Origin: Massalongia carnosa
Lineage: Eukaryota
DNA length: 64,000 bases
Assembly: GCA_965645245.1 (NCBI GenBank)
Contig: OZ287072.1
Span: 1,860,001-1,924,000 of the forward strand
Direction: 5' to 3'
Shown here piece after piece: positions 10,135-22,536 of this stretch. The translations under genes and the position numbers were made by a program. The notes below the pieces were generated by a model. That model made no database searches. It saw nothing but the letters and a program-made list of their open reading frames with translations, and was not told the origin of the DNA. Every line of letters starts with the position of its first letter. Position 1 is the first letter of the stretch.

Positions 10135-13100
10135 CTGTCGCCGGCGTTACTTCCGAACCGGTGACTGACCCTAGGGAGGCAATTGCCAAGCATGCGCCCC
10201 GTTTGCAAAGAGAACCCTCTACGATAGATGGTTCTCGGTTGACTACCCATGGCATGGTGTTAGCCAAATTCTCTCTTGATGACAAGCTCGAACGAACTCG
10301 CTGGTTCGAGGAGACTTTTCTAATAGCAAACGTCTCTCATGATGTCGTGTTGGGGATGCCTTTTCTGAAACTCGGCAACCCGGAGGTCCACTTCGCTGAA
10401 GGGTCTCTCACTTGGAGAGATTATTCTGTCTCGACTTCTTTGCCGACCGAAAGGCGCATTGAGTTAGTTGAGCCGGAGACCTTCGCAGAGGATGCTCTGG
10501 ATGATAAGTCCGCTTGCTTTGTCGTACAAGTAGCCGCCATTCTTGATGCGTTGGACGACGCTAGGCGCGTGAACCTACAGGCTATTTCGACTACAGAGGA
10601 GATCAAGCTCCCTGTGGAATACGCCGGTTATGAAGGGGTATTCTCTGCGGAGAAAGCTGACGAGTTGCCGTCGCTGACCCCGGATGATCACAGAATCGTC
10701 CTAGAGGAGGCAAGTCGCCTCATGGGCCTATCTATAGCCTCGGTCCCACGGAGTTAGAAGCTCTAAGGGGTTATATCGAAGTCAACCTCAATAACGGGTT
10801 CATCAGACCGTCGACTTCTCCTGCGGGGGCGCCTATCCTCTTTATTAGGAAGCCCAGCGGAGGATTGCGGCTATGCGTCGACTACAGGGGTCTTAACAAT
10901 ATAACGATTAAAAACCGTTACCCCCTGCCGTTAGTAGGCGAGGCCCTAGATAGGCTCGGCCGAGCGAAGGAGTATACCCAGCTTGATCTCATCCATGCGT
11001 ACCATAGGGTGCGAATAGCAAAGGGAGACGAGTGGAAGACTGCCTTTCGAACTCGCTATGGCCATTTCGAATATCAGGTTATGCCCTTTGGGCTTTCCAA
11101 TGCACCAGCGACGTTTCAAGCTTTGATTAACAAGGTACTCGCTGAAAAACTTGATGTTTTTTGCATTGTCTATTTAGACGATATTCTCATTTACACTGAA
11201 GAGACTGGTTCAGCGCACACTGATGCGGTTAAGTGGGTGTTTGAACAGTTACGAAAGCACGGCCTGTATGCCAATTTGCAGAAGTGCCGTTTCAGTCAGA
11301 AAGAGGTTCGCTTTCTTGGGTATATTATTTCACCTGAAGGTATTCGGATGGAGAATGATAGGATAGAGAGCGTGCGCAGCTGGCCTAGACCCCAGTGCGT
11401 TCGCGATATTCAAGTCTTTATAGGCTTTGCCAATTTTTACCGCCGGTTCATCAAAGGGTTCAGTAAGATCGCTAGGCCTTTGACCGCGATGCTGAAGACG
11501 ACGGGCCCTAAGATGCCGAAATCGGACCCGTTTCTGACTGCTGAGGCGTTATTAGCGTTCGATCAACTGAAGGGGGCCTTTGTCACGGCCCCAGTCCTCA
11601 GGCATTTCGATGCGGAGCGACATATACGCGTGGAGACTGATGCATCTGGGTATGCCATCGGTGAGATACTATCACAAAAGGACGATGAGAGTCATTGGCA
11701 TCCAGTAGCCTACTTTTCTAGGAAGATGATTCCCGCGGAGCGTAATTATGAAACGCATGACGCGGAGTTGCTGGCCATTGTCGAGGCTTTTAGGCATTGG
11801 AGGCATTATCTCGAAGGCAGCACTCATGAAGTTCTAGTTCTCACCGACCACAACAACCTAAAATGGTTCATGGATACCAAACGACTCGGCGGACGCCAGA
11901 TCCGTTGGGCGCAGGAGCTCTCCCGGTATAACTTTCGGATTGACTATCGTCAGGGTTCTCACAACCCCGCAGACGCCTTATCTCGCCCCGCCCAGGCTGA
12001 GGCGGATGACGATGAGTTAATAGTTGAGAATAGGCAGATATTGCACCGCTTGCAGGATTCTTTGCTGTTGAACGAGCCCGTGACCATTCGGGCCTGCAAG
12101 GCATTAAGCCAACCTAAGAAGCCCCGCGAGCGTGACTACTCGCAGGGGTATAGGAAAATGATGTTAGAGGTGATTATCTGTGGGACTGCGGTGGTCCCGG
12201 ACCTCGTCAAGTCATGGGCTGTTATAAGGGCAGTCGTGGCTGAAGAGGGTCCCTACACTGCAATCGGTTCATTACTTCGACGTCTTCCTGAGTTGCTTGC
12301 GGAAGACAAGGGCGCCCAGGCTGTACGGAAGAGGCTAGCTACCTCCGAAGTTAATGCTTTTTCTGGTGTTTCGGGCGAGCCCTGGAAGGAGTCCGGGGAT
12401 GTCTTATATTATGAAGGCAAGCCTTATATCCCCGAGACGTTACGAACTGAGCTAATGGCGCGCCATCATGATGACCCCTTGGCGGGGCCTTTAGGCATTG
12501 AAAAGACCCAGGAGTTGCTGACTCGGAAATACCACTGGGACACTATCAAGGTGGACGTTGAAAAGTACGTGGATGCGTGTGACGTATGCATGAGGTCGAA
12601 GTCCCAGCGGCATAAGCCGTATGGGAGTCTCCAGTCCCTGCCGATTCCCTCGCATAAGTGGAAAGACATTACGATGGACTTCGTTACAGGGCTCCCGCGC
12701 AGTTGCGACTGGCGTGGAGTAGGATATGACTCCATCCTCGTCATTGTTGACTGCCTGGCGAAGATGGTCCATTACGAAGCAGTGATGAAAACGCTGACGG
12801 CTGAAGGCCTCGCGGAAGTAATTATTGATTCGGTCGTGAGATACCATGGGCTCCCTGACTCTATAGTTACAGACCGTGGCTCCCTGTTCACATCGCAGTT
12901 CTGGCCCTCGCTGTGCTATTTTGTTAGCATTAAGAGGCGTCTCAGCACTGCTTTTCACCCACAAACTGACGGCCATACAGAGCGTCAGAATAGCACGTTG
13001 GAGGCGTACCTCCGGTCCTTTGTCTCATTCGAGCAGGACGACTGGGTGCAGTATCTGCCCATGGCTGAGTTCGCCTTCAATAACTCCAAGCACTCTAGCA

Positions 13101-13740
13101 CCGGGTTGACTCCTTTCGAGTTGAACTGCGGTTATCATCCGCGGATGAGCTATGAGGATGAGCTGGAGCCCCGTTCGCGGTCTAGGGCGGCGGGGACTGA
13201 GGTCGCGGAACTCAAAGAGCTTATGGACCTGTGCAAGGCAAACCTTAGAGGTGCACAAGAGTCTCAAGCTCGCTACCATAACAAGGCTACAAAGGATCGT
13301 GTGTACAGCCCCGGCGAGTCAGTTTGGTTGGATGGCAAGCACTTTAACACGAAGAGGAATAGGAAGCTTGGACACAAGTTCCTAGGTCCATTCATGGTTA
13401 TTGAGCCGATTGGCAAGCAAGCCTATCGCATCCAACTGCCGCCGCGTTGGCGAATCCACGATGTCTTTCATGTGTCTCTTCTGGAGAAGAATGGCACTAA
13501 GAAGGGGGGAGTCGATAAAGAATTAGCGGAGCAGATAGAGTTCAATGAAAATGAACCAAAGGAGTACGAGGTCGAGAGTATTCAAGATTCGGCTGTCTAT
13601 GCTAGGGAGTCGGAGGACGGGAGACCTGTAGGCTTTATTATCTGATCCATTGGAAAGGATACCCTGAGTCTAAGGATAGCTGGGAACCGTATGCGGCCAT
13701 CAAGCATTTACGCAAGATGGTGAGCTTATTCCATAGGATA
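10128..13740 (+). pseudogene. pol: partial protease, RT, RNase H, integrase, chromodomain; frameshifts near 10710 and 13630
   Basis: RLCVDYRGLN, YLDD, ETDAS, DALSR, MDFV..TDRG..TER, HDVFHVSLL, EYEVESI..YLIHWKGYPESKDSWEP. Confidence 0.93.
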
Positions 13741-14357
13741 ATCCTTCAAAATCCACCACAAGCGGAACCCCAGTCGATTCAGGTCCTCCAGGTCCTCCTC
13801 TAGCGAAGAAATCGACGTACTCCGCGCTGCAGCCGGACTCCCCGCCTGGCCCTGTCGATGAGGCTTTGCCTTTAACCTCGCAAGTGGGGGTCGACTTGGT
13901 AACACCGCTGCGTCTAGGACGTCCCACGAGGGGTCGTCGGCAGTTAGGTATAGATGACGCTGGCGCGGCTGGGACGGTCCATACGCGCAAGAAGCCGCGA
14001 GTCTGGTCCTAAGGGACAGGCGAAGAAGTCCAATGCTGCGGCATTGGCAGTGAGTATGTAAGTCGGTGCCTAATGGCCGGAAGGGGCTGCATACTCACAA
14101 GGGGACCGTCGGCGCAGTGGATCATTCGGCTAGGCCGTACCCGTCATGACAGCGATGCCTTTTTGCCTCTGTCCCAAAGGGTCAGAGGGTTTTTATGGAG
14201 TTGTCTAGGTACGCACCCTAGGTCGTCATGAGGCTATCTTTTGCAGTGCATGTCTCGGATGGGACTCGACCATAGGAGGGAGGCAGTTGTAATAGGGTAG
14301 GCCTAGTATGCGTTCGTTGAACGTAAGACTGGCCTATGTGGCTATGTGGGATACGTA

Positions 14358-15693
14358 CAGTCCCGTGTCAAAAGTTTCCGACTCTACCCGCGATTTTCGT
14401 GATTTCGCGTTTTAACCTACCAACCCATCAACTTTGACCTCATCATTTCACCATGCCACGCACTCCGTTGACTTCAATTTCTGGTAATAAGCCTCGTAAT
14501 ACCGAATTGAATCAATGTCAAAGAGGTATGATTATTGGAGCCCAAGCGTTGGGGCATGCACCGGCCGAAATTGCAAAGACATTAAATGTACCTCGAACCA
14601 CCGTCATTTACACTCTTCAAAAGCACCCAGAACGCAACAACGAAAAGTCCAAATCGCGATCGGGTCGGCCTGGAATATTTTCGAACCGCGATCGAAGACG
14701 TATCATCAAACTTGCGCGAATCAATCCACGCATCACCTACGCGCAGCTGCGTACGGAGGTTGAGGTGCAATGTAGTCGATCCATTCTCTATCGGACGCTC
14801 AAAGACTATGGTCTAACAAACTGGCTGGCTAAAAAGCGACCTTTATTGACGCCCGAGGTGGCAAAGAAGAGACTGGACTGGTGCTTGCTTCGGCGTGAGT
14901 GGAATTTTGAGCAGTGGTCAAAAATAATATGGTCAGACGAGTGCTCGGTGGAAAAGGGGTCGGGAAAACAGCGTCAATGGGTGTTCAGGTTTCCGGACGA
15001 AAAATGGAAAAAACCTATGATACAACCGTACGGCAAAGGAAAAGAGGTTAAGGTCATGGTATGGGGGGCTTTTTGGGGGGGGGGAGGTCGGATCTTTACA
15101 AATTGGCCCGCGATTTCGAGGCAAAGAAGATGGGGTACTCCGCGAATTCATATTTGGAATTATTGAACGATAATCTGCTTGGAATTTGGGAACCAGGTCT
15201 CATTTTCATGCAGGATAATGCCCCCATTCACACTGCCAAAAAGGTGAAGAAATGGTTCGATGAAAACGGTATAACAGTCATCGATTGGCCCCCTTATTCT
15301 CCTGATTTGAATCCCATCGAGCACGTTTGGTACGTGCTCAAAAAGCTCGTCTACCAGGTCAATCCGGACATGGACTCGGTGACTGGTGGTGATGATAGGG
15401 TCCGCGAGGTACTTTGGAAAGCTTTGGAAGAAGCATGGGCCTTGATAGATGAGGAAATGCTGAAGAGTTTAGTAGACAGCATGGAAAGGAGGATTGAAGC
15501 TTGCATACAGTCAAAAGGATGGTATACGAAATATTAAAAATATATTTCTCAGCCCAATGTGCTTGCTATAATGTATGTAATCATCGTACGAAGTTTCAAG
15601 ACATCAAAATAACAACTTGATAGTTGATAATTCAAAGCAGTGAGGGGGTAAAAAGTTGATAGTGGGCTGTCGGAAACTTTTGACCTAGTACTG
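14358..15693 (+). mobile_element. Tc1/mariner (DD34E, impala-like) transposon with TA duplication
   Basis: TIRs CAGT(N5)GTCAAAAGTTTCCGAC. TA at 14356-57 and 15694-95. The empty site GATACGTACAGCC is present in the 5' LTR. Confidence 0.95.
14453..15537 (+). pseudogene. Tc1-type transposase with a frameshift in a G-run near 15075-15085
   Basis: N-terminal HTH, then WSDEC, FMQDNAPIH and WPPYSPDLNPIEHVW spread over two overlapping ORFs. Confidence 0.9.
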
Positions 15694-16736
15694 TACAGCC
15701 AAAACAACCACCAAGATAATAAGGTCCCGCCTAACCAAGTTAGGCATAGTGTGGGGACTTAACTTATTATGGAGGTGTTTTCGTAGTACACCCCTCGCCT
15801 CGCCTCACCTCCCCTAGCTCGCCTGCCTAGTCTTATCTACCCGTGTCTTTCGGTGACCGAAGTACCAGGTAGTATGGGCAAGGTACGGAAGAAGAGCTTA
15901 GGTTGTGGATTGTCCTATCCTATATAGATCAATGATCAAGCACTTCAAAAGGGTAGCATTTAGTCTACCTTTTGACCCGACCCAACCTATTTGTACCTCT
16001 ATTGTGACCATCACGTTGTGTAGCCCCTGTGGATCCCCTCTTCCAGTAGTGAATGCCTGCTGGGAGACGGTCTCCCCGTTTCAAAACCCTACTAACCAAT
16101 CAAGGGGGTATTCTACGAAAAGGCGTCTCAGCATCATCAATTTCAGATGAGGTAGTATGCAAATGGGAGCATTTATCTAAGAAAGCCTATTGTTTGGCTT
16201 GCAAAAGGCAAATGCCTACACTCAAACGCCGCCGGCCACGTGCCGAAATAGAAGGAAATTGCACCAAAAGAAGACGTGCAAGTCAGACCATCTGGCAATG
16301 TAAGAGCTGTGGGCCTTGCTGCAAAAAGTAAGCATGTTGGGACATTTTACATAGATCATGAGGGGTAATTGAGGTGTTGTACCAATTATCGTCAGAAAGG
16401 GAAAATGCAGTAAATCTGATTGGTCAGATTAAAGTTATTAGTCATTACCCGGTGACGGTGCGTGTAAAACTGGCCAGACGAAGGGATAGGCTTCGAACAT
16501 AGGCGGTCAATCTGTTGGAATACTCGTTTAGCCCCATTATTTCTAGCTCAGCTCTGCAGGCTGCCATAACTGCTATAAGCAGTCACCTCCGTAGTAATTT
16601 CAACATTATGCCGTCAACTGTTCATTTAACACAATCGACGCGAAAATGCAGACGATTTCGTGCAGACTAGAAATGATTTTAGAGGTGATCGTCGAATCAA
16701 ACAATGAACCCCGAATCCATGCGTGAAATAGCACTA

Positions 16737-16766
16737 CAGTCAGATCGGGTTAACGTAATTCACCTG
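16737..16766 (-). mobile_element. 30-bp miniature derivative of the pogo/Tigger-like element, termini only
   Basis: TA-CAGTCAGATCGGGTT-AACGTAATTCACCTG-TA. Each half matches one end of 18345-19575 in reverse complement. Confidence 0.75.
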
Positions 16767-16958
16767 TATTCGTGTTACAGCGGTACTCAGTACTGCTAGC
16801 CAGCGGGCGCAATACATGAGCGCCTAAGGAGGTACGGTAACGTACCGGGCGCGGGGCACCTATATGTAGTGTAATAAGCGGTAGTGTCTCTATAGCAGAA
16901 CTACCATAGTAGCCTTTTGGCTCAGTGGCTTAGGTGACTTATTACCACCCCTGTTACA

Positions 16959-18348
16959 ATTCGGAACACCCGCTTATTCGGAACTAACAAAACCACGAAA
17001 CTTACTTTCTACAACTTATTGAAGAAAACCCTAAAACTGATTTAATAAGGTAAAGGGTATTATAATGATTATAATAGCCGATTATCGATAAATTACACCG
17101 CTGAATTGGCTTCTTCCCGGCAGTTTCGAGTTACAAAATCGGGATTGCGTACTACCTAGAAAGACGAGGTTAGAGAACGTTTAAAATAGGCAGTTAAGGT
17201 CTATGAGAAGGCAGAAGGGTTGTTATCTATTACGCAAGCTACTTGACTTCATGCGGTACCGAAAACAACATTGTATCACAGGATAAACAGTCGCCAGGAC
17301 CAGGTATCGTACGTTACTTCAAAGCAGAGGTTAACGCCCGAGGAGGAGGGATCTCTTCAGAGCTGGGTTAACTAGAGCTACTAGACTCCGCCATTTGACA
17401 AAATATCAGCTAAGCCTTATACGGACGATGACACTCTACCCAGCGCTAGTACTCTTATTCAAACGCGTTATCTTTCAGGCCAAATATCACCAATGTCAGG
17501 AATCATAGTACAAGTCTCAGAGGTTAAGGAGTTTATATTACTATTTCGTCATCAGACTCTTGATTCCTCTAAGCTTACTCTTCTACAAAAAACCCTTAAA
17601 GCAGCTAGGCTTGCTATGACTGATCGTATTGTCTTGAATCGTACTAATACGGAGCTTTTAGCAGTCAATACACGAAAAAAACAACGAGCTCAACGTACGG
17701 GCACTCAATACGATGTTCAAGGGGCTCGCGTATTGAGTTTAGAAGATGTGGAGAAAAGAAGACAACTAGCTGAAAATGAGAAAAAAGGAGAAAGATGCTA
17801 GATCACAGGTAAGGAAAGAAAAACAGAACGATCGACTATTTTTTCAGGTATCTAAAGACCTAATGCGATTTGAACCCGACCTAATATACGCCTGATCTTG
17901 TAACATCTTGATCTTTACTTAAAAATAAGAAACGAGACGATTCTATCTTTCAAAACGCTTTTCACGACCTTATTCAGATTACACCTCATATTTTTAAGGA
18001 GACAGTTGAGGGCGACCTAGGGTTTAAAAAAACTGCTCGAAATAAAGGAAAAGGTATACCAAGAAAGAAAAATATCACTAGGTTGGTACAAGGTGATGTG
18101 GAAATAGTAGGAAAGGGGGAGAAGTAGGAAGTTTTAGAGGTTCGGGTTAGCTCGCGCGGTCGTGTCATCTGTAACACTCGTAAAATGTAACTCTACAAGC
18201 TTATGCTAGCTATATATATTCACTAGAACCTGTTCATCAATTCCCGAGTACATGTGCTAGAATTTTGCGGATGCGGCGGTGATAAAAAATTACGAAGGTT
18301 GGTATCAAATTTGTTAGTTCCGAATAAGCGGGTGTTCCGAATAGCAGT
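16959..18348 (+). mobile_element. Degenerate, internally deleted Fot1/pogo-like element
   Basis: About 33-bp inverted repeat ATTCGGAACACCCGCTTATTCGGAACTAACAAA. HTH relic (SKQRLTPEEEGSLQSWV) and a basic C-terminal relic. Confidence 0.75.
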
Positions 18349-19575
18349 GAATTACGTTATAAGAAACTGCTGATTAAGAAACCTCGGCTAGTAAGAAACC
18401 CGGACGAAAAGACCGGTTTTTTTCTGGTGAGGGATAAGAAACCTCGCTCTATTAGAAAGTTTCTTAACTTTCTCTAAAATTTTGCGGTGGTTTCTTATAG
18501 TAAATATGACTTCTCCTTCGACTTCTTTGAGATATAATAGTCAAAATCCGGAGACTCCATCTCGAAATCCTCGAAAACGTCCTACATCCCTGCTTTCTCT
18601 CAGAGAGAGAAGCAGAAAAAAGGTAATACGGGTACAGCTATTATCATACGATCAGGAAGATATCTACAACGTGGATGAAACTGCGTTATTTTGGAAGGCT
18701 ACAACCAGCACTACATTGGCTACGGAACAGCTCCCAGGCGGCAAGGTGGAAAAAGCGAGAATTACTGCGAATTTCTGTTGCAATGCTACTGGAACTCACA
18801 AGCTTCTCATATGATTCATTGGGACGGCCAAAAATCCGCGTGCTTTTGGTTCACAGGATGTTCACGCTTGTAACCTGCATATGATATGACGCAGTAACAG
18901 CAGAGCTTGGATGTCGGGCGATATATTTCGTGAGTATTTACGCTGGTTTAATGACAACGTAAGTCGTAAGGTTGACTGAAATCTCGTGTAATCGGGGCAA
19001 AATATGGGCCAATGACTCGAGAAGAGGCAGAGAAATATGGCTATCTCAATGAGACTCGGGCGCAAGAGCAAGAAACGGAGCAACGACTACAGATGCAAGC
19101 TACAATACGGCGTTTGGAAGACCGTGGTCATATACAAAGCGCCATGCGTATTGGCGAATTTCTGAACCCTGTTGAAGAGGTGGTAGAGGATACCGAAGAG
19201 GATTTGGAGGATCACATCGTTGCTATATATGATGGCCATGAAAGGGAATACGAGATGGAGGAGGAGGAGGTCATTGTATCACGTGTCCAAAACAAGGACG
19301 CTCTACGAGCTCTTGAAACGTTACGGTTATATGAGGAGCAACGAGAGGTCGGTGACGATGATTTGATACGTCGTCTGAATCGTAAAGAGTGGGATATCAA
19401 GACCTCAATGGCGATAAGCTCTAGGCAAGCTGTAATGACGGATTTCTTTGTCATTAGATAGTCGATAGGTATAGTCTTGAAAATATGCCAAGAATTTTGA
19501 TATTAGAAACCTCGCCTAATACATAAGAAACCTAGATGCTACGATTTTGGAGTTTCTTATAACCCGATCTGACTG
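18345..19575 (+). mobile_element. Degenerate pogo/Tigger (CENP-B-like DDE) element
   Basis: Imperfect TIRs containing GTTATAAGAAACT, subterminal TAAGAAACC repeats, TA at 19576. Relic IYNVDETALFWK..RITANFCCNATG with stops. Confidence 0.8.
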
Positions 19576-20794
19576 TAATAGATGTCATCACTCTCCTACC
19601 TTCCCTCCACTTTTGTCCTTTCTTTGAATGATTCTTCGACCGTCTTCCGATTATGTCCTCCTATTCTCCACTCCTTTCACCCCCCTTTTCTCGTTATCGT
19701 CCGTTCACTCCTCAGTTATTCTTCACTTCTACGTCCGATAGTGGCTCCACCTCATGTCCAGAAATCCTATAAGGGGTCACTACTCCTCTACAAAGACGGT
19801 GTGTCTAATGGCATCCATAGCTCAGTTCAGTTGTGTTTCACCTATTCATCCAGTTATATACCGCCTGGAGCCCATTTATAGCCCTCCTATTCCACCTTCA
19901 CCACTCCACCGAAGGTCCTCCGCTCCGGGTATGATGTTGACTATTTGACTGCATAGGCTGTCTGATAGTTGACAGGTCAGCTATAGAGCCTATGCGAGCA
20001 TCAATTAGTCGAGAATATAGCCCGACAATATCCGTTCACGCTGTGGTCCAGTTGACTTGCATCAACTGTAGAGCCTGACCGGTCAGTGAATAATCGGTCA
20101 TATAGCAGACATTGGCCACCCCAGCGAGTGCCCGGAGACCTCCTGGAGTGTATCTAGCCAGCACCATGAAGAGGTTTCTGTTGTCGCTGGCCTATCCGAT
20201 ATAATTCCCATTCCCATAAATGAAAATCTGACCGCATCGCATCACCAACAACAAGAGAGCGCAAAGCAGAGTTTAACCGAGTTTACACTCATTCATTCAT
20301 GCCTAACTAGATAGATAACTAGATCAAACTAGTCAGTTAGTCGGTCCATGAGGCCTATTTATCTATCTACCTGGGTAGAGAATTCTTGGATTCCCGGAGG
20401 CACAACCGCCTATCATCATCATCATCAAAAATATTCGAGAAAAACTCATGAAAAATTCAAGCTCGAGACAAGAATTTGGGCAACATACACATGTTTCCCC
20501 CCTACCCTCCTAAAAAGGATAAAAAATCAAGAAAGGGGGGGGAACTGTTTCGTGAGTAGTTTCCCATCAGCTAAGCAAAGACTTCTATGCTGCAGCCGCT
20601 CTGGCCGGCCCCGCCTTGGGAATGCTCCTGTGATTTGTCAAAGAGTGTAGAAGATTTAAGCCTAGGCGTTTGTGTGGGCAGTATGTAACCCCCCTTACGC
20701 GCTTGGGCGGGTTAGTTGGTTAGTTGGTGAGTGAGCGAGTGCTGGGCGGGTCATATATAGTAGAGTTAGGTAGGTAGGTAGAGTGCTATTATCA

Positions 20795-20801
20795 TGATGA
20801 T

Positions 20802-20842
<41 letters not shown>

Positions 20843-20843
20843 T

Positions 20844-20880
<37 letters not shown>
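20795..20880. repeat. (GAT)n microsatellite
   Basis: Long, nearly pure GAT run. Confidence 0.95.
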
Positions 20881-21792
20881 ACGACGTGATGGATCCGGAG
20901 ATTGGCAGAGTGACGATTTCTAAACACAAAGCCTTATACATTGTCATCTTTGGTGAAGTTAAGAAGGAACATGTTTAGCTACTGGCTAGGTAGATAGATA
21001 GAATAGCCAGCCAAATTATGAGTTCTTGGGTTTGGCCAGTTCTGCCAACTTCCCCCATGTCCGTAAAGTGTCAAGTATCAAGATCAGAAAATTTTTAGCA
21101 GAGCTCGTAGAAGCTGGAGTTGGGATGTTCAGATATGTATGTAGCTGGGGCTTGTAGAATTTGGGTTTCGGAGGAGTGGAATCAGCCAGTAGTTACTTGG
21201 TTGGGTATGACGGTCTGCCATTGGAGTTTGTAAATCCCCTTTAGAACTATTTATTCGGACTCAAAATGTGGATCACATAGTCCGTAGGGCGTGGCAAGGA
21301 GAGCGACCATACAAGGCCGTTAAGATATAAACCTCGAATGCCTAGGTCTTCCCTTTTCAGCTTGAGCTTGATAAATAGACTTGCAAAAAAATCATGCACT
21401 GTATTTGCTTTTTGCGTTCCTGGAAATGAACGTATATAAAGATATTCCATTCATGTACGCTCCAAGATTGAATACGATACAGGCCTTGCAATAAACCTGA
21501 CCTGCTCGTGGGTTCTGAGCATTCAATATCCGGACGAAATGAGAGCCAAATGACATAAGATGTCGTCGAAGAAGCCCAATTTCTTATCCGCTGTCATGTT
21601 ATGAGTTTCTATTCAATGACTGGAGAGGGTCCTTTATTAGGAGACAGAGGTCTGTAGTTAAAGACGGTCGTGAAGTACCCATTTCGCAAGATATACATTC
21701 AACAATCCTCGTCAAGCCCGCCTTTACCTATTCACAACGCCTTACACCCTCAAAACAACCCCACTAAGCTATCAAGTACCATACAAGACCAT

Positions 21793-22201
21793 TCAGTGTT
21801 TGGGGTCAGGGCCACCTCGGAACTGCTCTTTGAGCTCCTTCATGTAATGCTCGAGGAATGACTTGGCATCCGAGCCAGTTTCTGTGACATGCCATTAGGT
21901 TAACGATAGCCTGTGTTGAGGTAACTAGAGTACACTGACTTGCTATGTTGGTGCCGCCCATCTCTTCAGGGTCTGGACCATGTCGGAGGTTGCGCACCTT
22001 CTTATGCACATGTTGGACGGCTCGATGAAAAGTTCTACTTGCCAGGAGCTTCAGGGATTAGCTTACTATTGCATGGTTCTGATTGGTATAGCAAACTCTT
22101 TCTGTAAGCCATATCTGTATTTGGGTCAGTCAATCGCGAAGAAAGATTTCGGTAAGCTGGCTGAGAAAGCGGCAAACCTCGAATACTCGAAGCCACCACA
22201 T
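21793..22201 (-). CDS. Small four-exon protein, MRX7 (MIOREX component 7)-like
   Basis: Manual splicing gives MWWLRVFE|IWLTER|LLASRTFHRAVQHVHKKVRNLRHGPDPEEMGGTNIA|KTGSDAKSFLEHYMKELKEQFRGGPDPKH* with three GT-AG introns. Family assignment is from recalled similarity. Confidence 0.7.
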
Positions 22202-22536
22202 TATCGTAAGAACATTTGGAGATTGTTTATGTGCATAATATGAACCCTGTAGGCACGTTTAGATATGGGTTCCTTTACAGAGAGCGGAGTCAGTCATGCT
22301 GGCTGGAGGGTGTCACAGAAGAGGTGATGAAGTATCTGCTAACTACTCAATAGAAGATTAGCGGATCTAACTAACATAATTCATTGGTCCCGTTGAACGG
22401 TTTGTCCCGTTGACTAGAGAATTGTGTTAGCCTGATTGAGAGAGAATTTCCTGCCAATGCGTCATAAAGCGGTTGTACTATTCACCATCGCTAACGTCCC
22501 TCGCCTATTACCTACTCGAGATCACCACTCTAACTG

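Larger units (their letters stand above)
6121..16083 (+). mobile_element. Ty3/gypsy LTR retrotransposon (chromovirus) with both LTRs interrupted
   Basis: LTRs run TGTAATAGGG...CCCGTTTCA at 6121-8747 and 14288-16083. Domain order is gag-PR-RT-RH-IN-chromodomain. Polypurine tract AGGAGGGAGG precedes the 3' LTR. Confidence 0.95.
14288..16083 (+). repeat. 3' LTR, split by a Tc1/mariner element
   Basis: Direct repeat of the 5' LTR, preceded by the polypurine tract. Confidence 0.93.
5146..16485 (+). mobile_element. piggyBac-like DNA transposon, outer copy A, interrupted by a gypsy element and internally deleted
   Basis: Ends are CCCTTCGTCTGGCC (5146) and GGCCAGACGAAGGG (16485), flanked by CTAT and ATAG. 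Transposase fragments at 5313-6068 and about 16084-16360 are homologous to copy B. Confidence 0.9.

Noticed and set aside
19930..20110. Loosely repeated CT(A/G)TAGAGCC motifs
   Set aside because: Too short and irregular to define an element or array.
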